From Bacteroidota bacterium (GTDB lineage: Bacteria > Bacteroidota > Bacteroidia > Chitinophagales > BACL12): a DNA stretch of 35,683 nt. Where the stretch lies: assembly GCA_031402635.1 (NCBI GenBank), contig JANNSM010000010.1, positions 1 through 35,683 of the forward strand, given 5' to 3'. The position numbers were made by a program, and so were the translations under genes. The notes beneath the pieces are model-generated. The model had not been told where the DNA came from. It did no database searches and saw only the letters and a program-made list of their open reading frames with translations. Shown piece by piece: positions 10,851-22,146 of this stretch (positions are counted from its first letter, which is position 1; each line of letters starts with the position of its first letter).

Positions 10851-11483
10851 ATGTATTTTGTCAAGACGCCTTTTTATCTGAAGAAAATCTTCGCCGCGAT
10901 GACCTGGGAGTTACCGGGCGAGGATAAGGAATTGTACCTGACCTTTGACGACGGTCCCACACCCGGCATCACCGAATTTGTTTTAGATACCCTGGCAGCA
11001 GCCGGTGCAAAAGCCACTTTTTTCTGCCTGGGCAGCAAAGCGGAAGCAAACCCGGAGCTGATGGCCCGGATTTCCCGCGAAGGGCACCGGATTGGCAATC
11101 ATACGTTCAGCCATCCCAACGGCTGGAAAACTGATGATGAATCGTATTTCGCCGATATCGAAAAAGCGTCAAAAGTTATCCCTTCAAAACTTTTTCGTCC
11201 TCCGTTTGGGCGAATTAAGATTACTCAGATCGAAACACTTCGGAACCAGTACCATATTGTGATGTGGGATGTGATCAGCGGTGATTTTGACGAGGACATC
11301 AATCCGGAACGCTGTCTTCAAAATGTGGTGGACAATGCCAAGGCCGGCTCGATTGTGGTCATGCATGACAGCCCGAAAGCGGAAGTTAAACTGCGATTCG
11401 CCCTTCCCCTGATTCTGGAACATTTCAAATCCAGAAATTTTCAGTTTATCACGGTACCCGAGCAGGCACCGGTGAAATCCTGA
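10851..11483 (+). CDS. polysaccharide deacetylase (NodB homology) family protein
   Basis: NodB motifs LTFDDGP and HTFSHP. The ATG at 10851 (MYFVKTPFYLKK) gives about 210 aa, typical for this Bacteroidota family as I recall it. The longer alternative start is at 10788. Confidence 0.8.
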   Translation: MYFVKTPFYLKKIFAAMTWELPGEDKELYLTFDDGPTPGITEFVLDTLAAAGAKATFFCLGSKAEANPELMARISREGHRIGNHTFSHPNGWKTDDESYFADIEKASKVIPSKLFRPPFGRIKITQIETLRNQYHIVMWDVISGDFDEDINPERCLQNVVDNAKAGSIVVMHDSPKAEVKLRFALPLILEHFKSRNFQFITVPEQAPVKS

Positions 11484-11502
11484 GCGGAACGCGGCGCCCT
11501 TT

Positions 11503-12285
11503 ATGACCTTGGTTGATACCCACGCTCATCTTTATCATGCCCGTTTTGATGATGACCGCGAAGCGATGTTGTTGCGGGCAGCAAATTCAGGCGTCGAACG
11601 GTTCTACCTTCCGAACATCGATTCCGGGTCTATAGACGGGATGCTCGCCATGCAGCAAAGCCACCCCCGTCATTGTTTTGCCATGATGGGTATCCACCCC
11701 TGTTCGATCAAAGCGGATTTTGAAAGGGAGCTGAGCCTTGCTGAAACCTGGTTATTTAACCCGCCGCAGCCGGCTGCATTTTTTGCCGTCGGGGAAATTG
11801 GACTGGACTACTACTGGGACAAATCTTTTATTACAGAACAAAAAGTTGCCTATATCCGGCAGTTGGAATGGGCATCTGCGCTGAATCTGCCCGTTGCTAT
11901 TCACTCCAGGGACTCCCTGGAAGACACGATCTCCATCGTGGAAAAGCTCAGCGACCCAAATCTTCGCGGGGTGTTTCACTGTTTTACAGGCACGGCGGAA
12001 CAGGCTTCAAGGATTACCGCCCTTGGATTTTTTCTCGGAATTGGCGGCGTGGCCACGTTTAAAAACGGTGGTCTGGATCTTGTTTTGCCCGCCGTTGATC
12101 CCAATTTTCTGGTGCTGGAAACCGATGCTCCTTTCCTTGCCCCGGTGCCCTATCGGGGCAAGCGCAACGAACCCGCCTATCTCCGGGATATTGTACAAGT
12201 GCTGGCGACCTGGTATGGGACCACCGGCGAAGCGATAGCCGGGCAGACTACCGCCAACGCGAACCGCCTCTTTGGCTTTCGTTGA
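11503..12285 (+). CDS. TatD family metal-dependent hydrolase
   Basis: 260 aa with LVDTHAHL, IGLDYY, HCFTG and LETDAPFL motifs characteristic of TatD/YchF-type deoxyribonucleases. Confidence 0.88.
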   Translation: MTLVDTHAHLYHARFDDDREAMLLRAANSGVERFYLPNIDSGSIDGMLAMQQSHPRHCFAMMGIHPCSIKADFERELSLAETWLFNPPQPAAFFAVGEIGLDYYWDKSFITEQKVAYIRQLEWASALNLPVAIHSRDSLEDTISIVEKLSDPNLRGVFHCFTGTAEQASRITALGFFLGIGGVATFKNGGLDLVLPAVDPNFLVLETDAPFLAPVPYRGKRNEPAYLRDIVQVLATWYGTTGEAIAGQTTANANRLFGFR

Positions 12286-12445
12286 ACACGGCGGGTTTGC
12301 CGGTTCTCCCAGATTTGCCAAATTTGCCATTTTCCTTGGATTAACCTTCCGGCAGGAGGGCTTTGCATCCCGGATTTCATGAATGTTGCTTTATTGGGCA
12401 GGTATGCGGAACTTTAACCATTCGCATTAGACCATTCTTTGGATT

Positions 12446-12533
12446 GGAGAGATGACCGAGTGGACGAAGGTGCTCGCCTGGAAAGCGGGTGTGCCCCAAA
12501 AGGGTACCTAGGGTTCGAATCCCTATCTCTCCG
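12446..12533 (+). tRNA. tRNA-Ser (anticodon GGA)
   Basis: Folded by hand. Acceptor GGAGAGA/TCTCTCC, anticodon stem CTCGC/GCGGG with loop CTGGAAA, long variable arm, T-arm TAGGG-TTCGAAT-CCCTA, discriminator G. CCA is not encoded. Confidence 0.9.
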
Positions 12534-12552
12534 CAGTGTTCTTTTTATAGAT

Positions 12553-12572
12553 TCCGGTTTTATACCGGATTT
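12553..12572 (+). terminator. weak hairpin after tRNA-Ser
   Basis: TCCGGT (12553-12558) pairs with ACCGGA (12564-12569), loop TTTAT, followed by only TTT. Confidence 0.3.
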
Positions 12573-12660
12573 GGCTCAATTGCTTCAACAGGGCGCGAAA
12601 CTTTGTGCTAATCAGGTGCTCTTATCTTTGAGGGCGTAGTTTGTTTGAATTTTTTCTGCT

Positions 12661-13923
12661 ATGATCGCTGCCGCACTCAGCCTTGCTTTCTGGTTAGGTC
12701 TTGAAGGTTATGTCTATTTCAGCCTCCGGGCGGTTTACGGCCGGCAGCAATCAAGACCTAGTCTTTGGCCCTGGCTCCGAGCTATGGCCATACTCGGATT
12801 TCTTCTGGTATTGGCTACCATTGTTTATTTTCTCATCACGGGAAGACCTATTCGTGCCAACGTGGCCGGCAACCTACTCCTCGGTCTTGCTTTCACTTTT
12901 TTGACCACCAAATTTGTATTTGCCTGCGTACTGCTGGTTGAAGATGTTTATCGCGTTGCACATTGGATATTCCGTCATTTTGTAGGAGCTCTGGGCTACG
13001 GAGAAGGACATCCTGTCAGCCTGGTTTCCCGCAGAAAATTCCTCACCCGGATGGGACTGATCCTGGCCGCGCTGCCTTTTAGTACGTTCCTTTATGGGAT
13101 CACCAAAGGAAAATATGCTTTTCATCTTCACAAGATCACCATTGCCTATCCGGACCTTCCCCCGGCCTTTGACGGCATCAGAATTCTGCAGTTATCCGAC
13201 ATCCATTCCGGCAGCTTTGACGATGTAGACGCCGTGCGAAACGGCCTGGAACTCGCCGCCGGCCAGGGCGCAGATTTATTGCTCTTCACCGGCGATCTGG
13301 TCAACGATTTTGCGGAGGAAGTTTTGCCTTACAAACAAATGCTGAGCGAATTGAGTGCGCCGCTCGGCAAGTTTTCCATTTTGGGAAACCACGACTATGG
13401 CGACTACCCGGGATGGGACAGCCCGGAAGCCAAACAGGAAAATTTCGAAACCCTTCAACGTCACCATGCGGATATGGGTTTTGATTTGCTGAAAAACCGG
13501 CATGTACGCATTACCCGTGGCGCTGAATCACTGGTATTGGCCGGGGTGGAAAACTGGGGCAAACCGCCATTCCCCCAATTTGGCGATCTGGATCTGGCAC
13601 TAAGTGGGACACAACAAGAAGATTTTGTGATTCTGATGTCACACGACCCAACCCATTGGGACGCGAAAGTGCTGCAAAACGAAAAGTTGGTTCACCTCAC
13701 GTTAAGTGGTCATACCCACGGTGCGCAGATGGGCGTTGAAATTCCAGGATTCCTCCGCTGGAGCCCATCCAGTTTTATTTATCCCCGTTGGGCCGGATTG
13801 TACCGCGAAGACCGTAAGTATTTGTACGTCAACCGCGGATTTGGTTTTATCGGATTCCCTGGTCGTGCGGGAATCTGGCCTGAAATTACAATATTGGAGC
13901 TAAAGCGTGGGAATCAGGTCTGA
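12661..13923 (+). CDS. membrane-anchored metallophosphoesterase (calcineurin-like)
   Basis: Hydrophobic N-terminal third with several predicted TM helices. Phosphoesterase motifs then follow: LSDIHSG, GDLVND, GNHD, GHTHG. Confidence 0.85.
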   Translation: MIAAALSLAFWLGLEGYVYFSLRAVYGRQQSRPSLWPWLRAMAILGFLLVLATIVYFLITGRPIRANVAGNLLLGLAFTFLTTKFVFACVLLVEDVYRVAHWIFRHFVGALGYGEGHPVSLVSRRKFLTRMGLILAALPFSTFLYGITKGKYAFHLHKITIAYPDLPPAFDGIRILQLSDIHSGSFDDVDAVRNGLELAAGQGADLLLFTGDLVNDFAEEVLPYKQMLSELSAPLGKFSILGNHDYGDYPGWDSPEAKQENFETLQRHHADMGFDLLKNRHVRITRGAESLVLAGVENWGKPPFPQFGDLDLALSGTQQEDFVILMSHDPTHWDAKVLQNEKLVHLTLSGHTHGAQMGVEIPGFLRWSPSSFIYPRWAGLYREDRKYLYVNRGFGFIGFPGRAGIWPEITILELKRGNQV

Positions 13924-14158
13924 CGCGCTTAAAGTCATAACATTATAACAGCTTCCTGAGAGCGTAATTGTCGTTTCTCAGCACTGGCTCAGTTCTCTAT
14001 ATTTATACCTTGTAACCGGCAAGTACACCGATTAACCAGGTAGATAACCGAAATCCGGGACAAAACCGACATTACGTTTTTACCGGCAATCGTAGAATTC
14101 AGAGCGAATATAAATTTCAATTTTTAAGACACTCCATGAATATAAATTCATATTTTTT

Positions 14159-15256
14159 ATGTTTAAATTAATAAATTACCTGCTATTGATTTTCTGTGCT
14201 TCTCTTGCCGCTGGTCAGCCTATGCCAGATAGTCTGATGACGAAATATCGATTAGCTAAAACTGATGAAGAAAAACACCACTTTATTTATCAATATTTTC
14301 AAAGTTCAGCTTCTGAAGAAGATTATAAAAATCGAGTATTGCAGTTATCAGCATGGTATAAAAAGCAAAATGATGCACTCGGCGCCGATTATGCCGATGC
14401 ACACCTGGCAGATATACTAAACAACAAAGGGGATTATGCAGCATCATTAAATTTGTGTTTTTCTATACTCCCCCGTATTGAAAATCGCACCGACAAGAAC
14501 CAAATTAATTCTTTGTATACCACTATTGGAAACGCTTATTTTTTTTCCAAAAACTTTGAGCAGGGTGCTTTTTACTATAAAAAAATAATTCCACTAACAT
14601 CGGCTACTGATCAAAAGGAATATTTATCGCAATTGTATAATGCAATCGGTTGTATCTATGGTGAAGGAGGGATGCCGGATTCAGGAATGATTTATGCGCA
14701 AAGGGCAGTCAACATTGATACAGAAATGAAGAATTTTCAGCAACTGGCTTTATCCACGAGCACATTAGGTGAAAACTACATTGCCGCAAAAGAATATGAT
14801 ATTGCCCTACCTTACTTGCGGCGATCTATGGGATACTACCTGAGCAAGAAAGCCGAACCAGACAGTTTTTTACTTGCTTATCTAAAAAATGATTTCGCTC
14901 AGGTATTTCTCGCAAACCAGCAATTTGACAGTACAAATTTTTATGCAAATCAGTCTCTTCAGCTATCAATACCTTTCGGGGCGAAAGATCAAAGCATGCG
15001 TTCCTATGAATACCTCCATAAATCTTATGAGCAAACTAATAACCAGGATAGCATAAATAAATATTTTCGCCTGGCAATGACATTAAAGGATTCACTGGTT
15101 GATCTGGAGAAAGTTAAAAACATTCAGGCTTTAAGTTTTCGTGAAGAATTACGTCAACAGGAATTAGAAACAGAAAAAGTAAAAATTGAAGTAGAACGTA
15201 AAACTAATATTCAATTATTTTTACTGAAATTAAAACTAATATTCAATTATTTTTAA
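14159..15256 (+). CDS. TPR-repeat protein, N-terminal fragment as currently encoded
   Basis: Signal peptide MFKLINYLLLIFCASLAAG, TPR-like repeats, then a coiled-coil (REELRQQELETEKVKIEVERK). Ends in out-of-frame residues after the duplication. Confidence 0.6.
   Translation: MFKLINYLLLIFCASLAAGQPMPDSLMTKYRLAKTDEEKHHFIYQYFQSSASEEDYKNRVLQLSAWYKKQNDALGADYADAHLADILNNKGDYAASLNLCFSILPRIENRTDKNQINSLYTTIGNAYFFSKNFEQGAFYYKKIIPLTSATDQKEYLSQLYNAIGCIYGEGGMPDSGMIYAQRAVNIDTEMKNFQQLALSTSTLGENYIAAKEYDIALPYLRRSMGYYLSKKAEPDSFLLAYLKNDFAQVFLANQQFDSTNFYANQSLQLSIPFGAKDQSMRSYEYLHKSYEQTNNQDSINKYFRLAMTLKDSLVDLEKVKNIQALSFREELRQQELETEKVKIEVERKTNIQLFLLKLKLIFNYF
15199..15255 (+). repeat. 25-bp direct repeat pair (32-bp period) with inverted 7-mer junctions
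   Basis: TAAAACTAATATTCAATTATTTTTA occurs at 15199-15223 and 15231-15255. The spacer CTGAAAT (15224-15230) is the reverse complement of ATTTCAG (15256-15262). Confidence 0.95.
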
Positions 15257-15291
15257 TTTCAGTAGGCATTGTCACTCTTATTATTTTATTC

Positions 15292-15594
15292 TTGCTACTC
15301 AGTAGGAGTTTCATTACCAACGTTAAGCTAATTAACTTTTTGGGAGTGATTGCATTGCTTCTCGTTTTTGAATTTATTAACTTACTATTACATCCTTTTT
15401 TAGAAGGTATAACACATCACAAACCTGTGCTAATGCTGCTTTCATTAGTAAGCATAGCAGTAGTTTTAGTGCCCTTGCACCACAGATTAGAAAAATTTAC
15501 GACAACAAAACTAATAGATAAAAACAAAGCTACCCGATTGGCAAATGCAAAAAAGATTATTGAGGAATTGGAAAACAAGACAATCAATACATAG
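15292..15594 (+). CDS. C-terminal membrane fragment of the same TPR protein (TTG-initiated ORF)
   Basis: Two hydrophobic helices (FLGVIALLLVFEFINLLLHPF, VLMLLSLVSIAVVLVPL) and a charged tail. The frame is open back to 15256. Confidence 0.4.
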   Translation: MLLSRSFITNVKLINFLGVIALLLVFEFINLLLHPFLEGITHHKPVLMLLSLVSIAVVLVPLHHRLEKFTTTKLIDKNKATRLANAKKIIEELENKTINT

Positions 15595-15985
15595 TAACTT
15601 AATAAATAGTAAATTATTTAAGAACCCGTTAGTTATTCAGAAGGGCAGACCGCATTTTTTCTAAGAAATGTTCCCCATCGCTTCTGGAATGAAGAGGAAG
15701 AAGACCTTTTAGTAAGCGGTTGGATAAAACCTGCAAACAGAATTGTTTTCTATTTGTCTTTCTTGTATGCAGCTCAAAAAATGTCCGGTAGCGGGCGGCC
15801 GAAAGCGTTTGACGGCGCTTACCTGATCACCAGATACAAGTATGAGTTCGGCTTGCAAGAGATGCCTGGTTTTGTTATAAAAGTATTTATGCATTTGACC
15901 TATTTCATAGGAAGATATATGGGTAAGTATAAAAAATTGGACGACGCACCTGAACCTTTAAATTAATCTCATGCCTGGGTATTGG

Positions 15986-16021
15986 AATTAAAAGAGGTGA
16001 CCTGTTGCCAGGCCACCTCTT
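15986..16021 (-). terminator. rho-independent terminator downstream of katG
   Basis: AAGAGGTGACCTG (15992-16004) pairs with CAGGCCACCTCTT (16009-16021): 13 bp, one mismatch, loop TTGC. On the minus strand it is followed by TTTTAATT. Confidence 0.6.
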
Positions 16022-16163
16022 AACAATACTTACTAAAGCAAACACTACTGCTTTTCGATGAACTCATTGAATGCACCTTGCATCGTGAGAGCTTTGTTTT
16101 TCTACATTTCTCTTTTTATCTGACTTTCAGCCTTTGTTTATGTTTCTAGCGAAAGCGCCGACA

Positions 16164-18404
<2,241 letters not shown>

Positions 18405-18427
18405 TTAAAAAATTTAGTCTTTGGTTG

Positions 18428-18435
18428 CAAATTTA
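18428..18435 (-). promoter_or_regulatory. candidate Bacteroidota-type -7 box (TAAATTTG) for katG
   Basis: The minus strand reads TAAATTTG, a perfect match to TAnnTTTG, 26 nt upstream of the GTG start. Confidence 0.4.
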
Positions 18436-18901
18436 CCTCAGGTTTCCCTTAAATATTACGGCAAATTTCAACATCTATTCTTATCGCCGACTGAACTCTT
18501 AGTAGATATCCGCGGAGTGATTTTAGACGGATACTATCCGCTTGTATACTTTAAAAATAGCAAACTGGTATGAGGATCCGTGATGTTTAGTTACGCTTAT
18601 CAAGAGCCAGATTATTGATTCGGTAAAACATCCTACCGCATCGTCATTTAGGAGAATCTGGAAAGGTTCCTGCCTCAATGCCAATTATATTTAGTCAACG
18701 CGCTGCTGAGCAAAGAACTCAAGCCGCTTAATCCCAGGCCTGGTAACAGGGGTTTTCAAATTTATGAGTTCAGTCCTCCCGTGACAATCAGTTTACTAAA
18801 TTCTCCAAAGAAGAAACTGAAATTCTCTGGTACTTCCACACGATGTAGACAATACCAAAATCACACTAAAATTGATTTCAACCCGCTCTAATAGGCTCAA
18901 G

Positions 18902-19057
18902 TCAAATCGGCTTTCGCCCACTAATGACTCGAAAAATTAAAGCAATAAAAGCAATAACTAATAATATATGAATAATACCACCTTCATTATACCCAATAAA
19001 ACCAATTGCCCAGCCTATTACAAGTAATACTGCGATTACATAGAGTAAATTTCCCAT
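18902..19057 (-). CDS. small membrane protein, lmo0937-like family (51 aa)
   Basis: Below the track cutoff. Hand translation: MGNLLYVIAVLLVIGWAIGFIGYNEGGIIHILLVIAFIALIFRVISGRKPI. Two TM helices, and resembles the lmo0937-type small stress proteins as I recall them. ATG at 19055-19057, TGA at 18902-18904. Confidence 0.7.
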   Translation of the reverse strand: MGNLLYVIAVLLVIGWAIGFIGYNEGGIIHILLVIAFIALIFRVISGRKPI

Positions 19058-19091
19058 GATGTTAATGTTTATACCGACAGAATTAATAGGC

Positions 19092-19153
19092 CAAAAATGC
19101 AGGTTATTGTTAATGGCCTCCTTACATAATTCACAAATAAAATTGCATTATTC
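19092..19153 (-). promoter_or_regulatory. 62-bp promoter module for the lmo0937-like gene
   Basis: Minus strand: GAATAATGCAAT (19153-19142), GAATTATGTAAG (19132-19121), 20 nt, GCATTTTTG (19100-19092). The box ends 35 nt before the ATG. Confidence 0.55.
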
Positions 19154-19386
19154 ACATTACGATGACCTGTGTAGGTCCAAATATCAAGGAAGAACCGTTG
19201 TAAAGCTGATCACATCTTTAATCACGCTTAACTGAATAAACGGAAACTTTTACGATCAAGATTAGCGCTTTATAGGAAATAGATTCGTTTCGACTGTTGT
19301 AGAATTATTGCAAAGGTTGCTGTGACTCTTTAACCATCTTTATGTTTATCTTACCACATAATTGGAATATTAGCCTAGCAAGGTGT

Positions 19387-19448
19387 AAATTATGTAACTA
19401 TTTTTGATTGTTATGTAAGAAAAATGGAGGATACTGGTGTAACCTTTA
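19387..19448 (+). promoter_or_regulatory. 62-bp promoter module for the araC-HK-REC operon
   Basis: AAATTATGTAAC (19387-19398), TTGTTATGTAAG (19408-19419), 20 nt, TAACCTTTA (19440-19448). The box ends 28 nt before the TTG start at 19476. Confidence 0.5.
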
Positions 19449-19475
19449 CGAGTAATAAACTTCTAAGAAGCCTAT

Positions 19476-20036
19476 TTGACACTTCATATTAAATACATGG
19501 TAAGTGCCCGCTGCAAAACAGCAGTTAAACAAGTGCTAAAAAGCATGGGGCTCCATTTCATTGTTGTTGATTTAGGAGAAGTAGATATACTCGAAAATCT
19601 CTCCAGTCAGCAGTTAGAGGAATTAAGAGCTTTACTATCTGACGTTGGGTTTGAACTGATGGACGATAAACGCGCAATATTAATTCAACAGATCAAAAAT
19701 ATAGTTATAGAAATGGTTCATCATTCTGATGTATTAATAAAGACAAATTTTTCAGATTACTTGAGCAGCAAACTAAATCATGACTATACCTATATGGCAA
19801 ACTTATTTTCTGAAGTTCAGGGAACTACTATTGAGCATTTTATAATACTACATAAAATTGAACGTATTAAAGAATTAATTATGTATAACGAATTAAATAT
19901 AACTGAAATTTCCTATAAGATGAATTATAGTAGTGTTGCCCACTTGTCAAATCAGTTTAAAAAAGTTACTGGATTATCACCAACACACTTTAAACAATTA
20001 AAGGTTAAAAAACGCAAACCTATAGAAGAGATTTAA
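19476..20036 (+). CDS. AraC family transcriptional regulator with a small non-REC N-terminal domain
   Basis: C-terminal AraC HTH (HFIILHKIERIKELI...ITEISYKMNYSSVAHLSNQFKKVTGLSPTHFK). The TTG start keeps TLHIKYMVSARC, which resembles the conserved N-terminal strand of this family. The alternative ATG is at 19497. Confidence 0.85.
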   Translation: MTLHIKYMVSARCKTAVKQVLKSMGLHFIVVDLGEVDILENLSSQQLEELRALLSDVGFELMDDKRAILIQQIKNIVIEMVHHSDVLIKTNFSDYLSSKLNHDYTYMANLFSEVQGTTIEHFIILHKIERIKELIMYNELNITEISYKMNYSSVAHLSNQFKKVTGLSPTHFKQLKVKKRKPIEEI

Positions 20037-20046
20037 TTACTGTATC

Positions 20047-22146
20047 ATGAATAAAAAAGTAAATCTTAATATTAATAATGATACTAATTATCAAGATATT
20101 GATTCTGTAAAAGACGTTAAAGAAGTAGAAGAAAATGAGCAAAGAAGGCTGGGATCCTATGCCAGAAGTTTAATTGAAGCGAGTTTAGACCCGCTGGTTA
20201 CGATAAGCAAAGAAGGTATAATAACAGATGTAAATAACGCATCCGTAGTGGTAACTGGTACTCCACGTAACCAATTAATAGGCACAGATTTCTCTATATA
20301 CTTTACTGAACCTTTAAAAGCACAAGAAGGATATAAATTAGTATTTAAAAATGGATTTGTTGCAGATTATCCTCTAACAATAAAAAGTAAAGACGGCAAT
20401 TTAACAGACGTTCTATACAATGCGTCAGTATATAAAAATGAAAATGGTATTGTTTTAGGAGTATTTGCGTCTGCCCGGGATATTACAGAACAGAAAAGAA
20501 TATCGAATGAATTAATTGAAGCCAAAATTTTTGCCGAACTGGCAACATCATTAGCTGAGGAAGCCCAAAATAAAGCAGAAAAAGCAGAATCTGTTGCTAA
20601 AAACGCCTTACATACTAAACAACTTTTTCTCTCTAATATGAGTCATGAGATTCGTACTCCCATGAATGCCATATTAGGATTTACAAAAGTGCTGTTAAAA
20701 ACTGATCTGACAGAAAAACAACACGAATACTTAAGTGCTATAAAAATAAGCGGTGACGCATTAATAGTACTTATTAATGACATTCTTGATCTAGCTAAAG
20801 TTGATGCGGGTAAAATGAGCTTCGAACAAGTTCCATTTAAAATGTATGCCTCGGTATCTGCTATGCTACAGTTATTAGAGACCAAGATTCAGGAAAAAAA
20901 CTTAAAAATAATAAGTGAATATGATCCCCGTATTCCACAAGTTCTTATTGGAGATCCACTTCGCCTCCATCAAATTATTCTCAATTTGTTAAGTAATGCA
21001 GTAAAGTTTACCTTATCAGGAAAGATTACTGTTAGTGTTTCTTTAGAAAGTGAAGATGATATAAATGCCACTATTAAATTTTCTGTTACAGATACCGGTA
21101 TTGGAATACCGGCTAATAAAATAGATAAAATTTTTGATATTTTTCAACAGGCTACAACTGAAACTGCACGACTATATGGGGGCACAGGGCTAGGACTAGC
21201 TATTGTCAAACAATTAGTAGAACTCCAGGGAGGGGCTATAGAAGTGAAAAGTCAAATAAATAAAGGTTCTACATTCAATTTCACAATGAGTTTTAGAAAA
21301 ACACCAATAGTAGTTTATGAAATTGAAAGTAGAATATCTAATACCCATAAACATGCAATAAAAGTATTAGTTGTGGAAGATATTCTGCTTAATCAACTCT
21401 TAATCAAAACATTGCTTGAGGACTTCGGATTTCAATGTGACATTGCCGATAATGGAAAAATTGCAATAGATAAAATGCAAGCAGATTTTTATGATGTTAT
21501 TTTAATGGACCTTCAAATGCCAGTAATGAACGGCTTTGAAACTACGGCATATATACGTAAGAATTTAAATTCTACAATTCCAATACTAGCCCTTTCTGCC
21601 GATGTAACTAGTGCTAACCTTACAAAATGTAAGCTTGCCGGGATGAATGATTATATAGCCAAACCTATAGATGAACGCCTACTATACAATAAATTAATAA
21701 ATTTAATTGAGAAATCCAATATTGAAAGTTACACGAGTAATTCCGAAAAAACCAAAATAGCACCATTGACTGAAGCTATTAGGTCCACAAATCTTACTTA
21801 CCTCTATCAGCGAACAAAATCGAATCCAAAACTGATGCTAGAAATGATATCAGCATACTTAGAACAAACCCCGACATTAATAAACGCTATGATGTCGAGT
21901 TATAATAATAAGAATTATAATCTTCTACAGGCTACCATGCACAAAATTGCACCCTCTTTCTCAATTATGGGAATAAAGGCTGAATATGAGATTATGGCAA
22001 AGAAAATTCTCCAATATGCGACCGCCAAACAGGACAACGGTGATATACGACAAATGGTTTTAGAAATTGAAAATATCTGCAAGATGGCGTGTACGGAACT
22101 CCAGGAAGAACTTAAATTAATTAAAATTCAAATCAATGCAGAATAA
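20047..22146 (+). CDS. soluble hybrid sensor histidine kinase (PAS-HisKA-HATPase-REC-Hpt)
   Basis: No TM segment. PAS-like region (LDPLVTISKEGIITDVN). H-box SHEIRTPMNAI. G-boxes DTGIGI and GGTGLGLAIV. REC domain (VLVVEDILLN...ILMDLQMP). C-terminal Hpt-like MHKIAPSFSIMG. Confidence 0.9.
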   Translation: MNKKVNLNINNDTNYQDIDSVKDVKEVEENEQRRLGSYARSLIEASLDPLVTISKEGIITDVNNASVVVTGTPRNQLIGTDFSIYFTEPLKAQEGYKLVFKNGFVADYPLTIKSKDGNLTDVLYNASVYKNENGIVLGVFASARDITEQKRISNELIEAKIFAELATSLAEEAQNKAEKAESVAKNALHTKQLFLSNMSHEIRTPMNAILGFTKVLLKTDLTEKQHEYLSAIKISGDALIVLINDILDLAKVDAGKMSFEQVPFKMYASVSAMLQLLETKIQEKNLKIISEYDPRIPQVLIGDPLRLHQIILNLLSNAVKFTLSGKITVSVSLESEDDINATIKFSVTDTGIGIPANKIDKIFDIFQQATTETARLYGGTGLGLAIVKQLVELQGGAIEVKSQINKGSTFNFTMSFRKTPIVVYEIESRISNTHKHAIKVLVVEDILLNQLLIKTLLEDFGFQCDIADNGKIAIDKMQADFYDVILMDLQMPVMNGFETTAYIRKNLNSTIPILALSADVTSANLTKCKLAGMNDYIAKPIDERLLYNKLINLIEKSNIESYTSNSEKTKIAPLTEAIRSTNLTYLYQRTKSNPKLMLEMISAYLEQTPTLINAMMSSYNNKNYNLLQATMHKIAPSFSIMGIKAEYEIMAKKILQYATAKQDNGDIRQMVLEIENICKMACTELQEELKLIKIQINAE

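Larger units (their letters stand above)
14159..15594 (+). pseudogene. TPR-repeat membrane protein disrupted by a 32-bp duplication
   Basis: ORFs 14159..15256 and 15292..15594 become one 467-aa frame if 15224-15255 is removed. The junction then reads ...EVERKTNIQLFL|ISVGIVTLIILFLLLSRSF..., which restores a TM helix. Confidence 0.75.

Noticed and set aside
12439-12639. 66-aa ORF overlapping tRNA-Ser
   Set aside because: It is read straight through a well-folding tRNA gene and its terminator region.
13955-13990. Possible left-hand copy of the tRNA-Pro 17-mer (aatTGTCGtttctcagcACTGGctc)
   Set aside because: Only two 5-nt blocks match, and a 6-nt length difference separates them. That is well within chance, so the left island border has no supported att repeat.
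15709-15966. ORFs 15709..15894 (-) and 15754..15966 (+) between the TPR gene and the katG terminator
   Set aside because: They overlap each other, have no recognisable family or start context, and sit on a short patch of higher GC. That patch may be a gene remnant, but the evidence is insufficient to call a CDS.
20221-20232. Single 12-mer look-alikes inside coding sequence (e.g. AACAGATGTAAA in the kinase gene)
   Set aside because: It is an isolated partial match in AT-rich coding DNA, with no 21-bp partner and no downstream -7 box. It is treated as background and noted as a caveat for the regulon motif.
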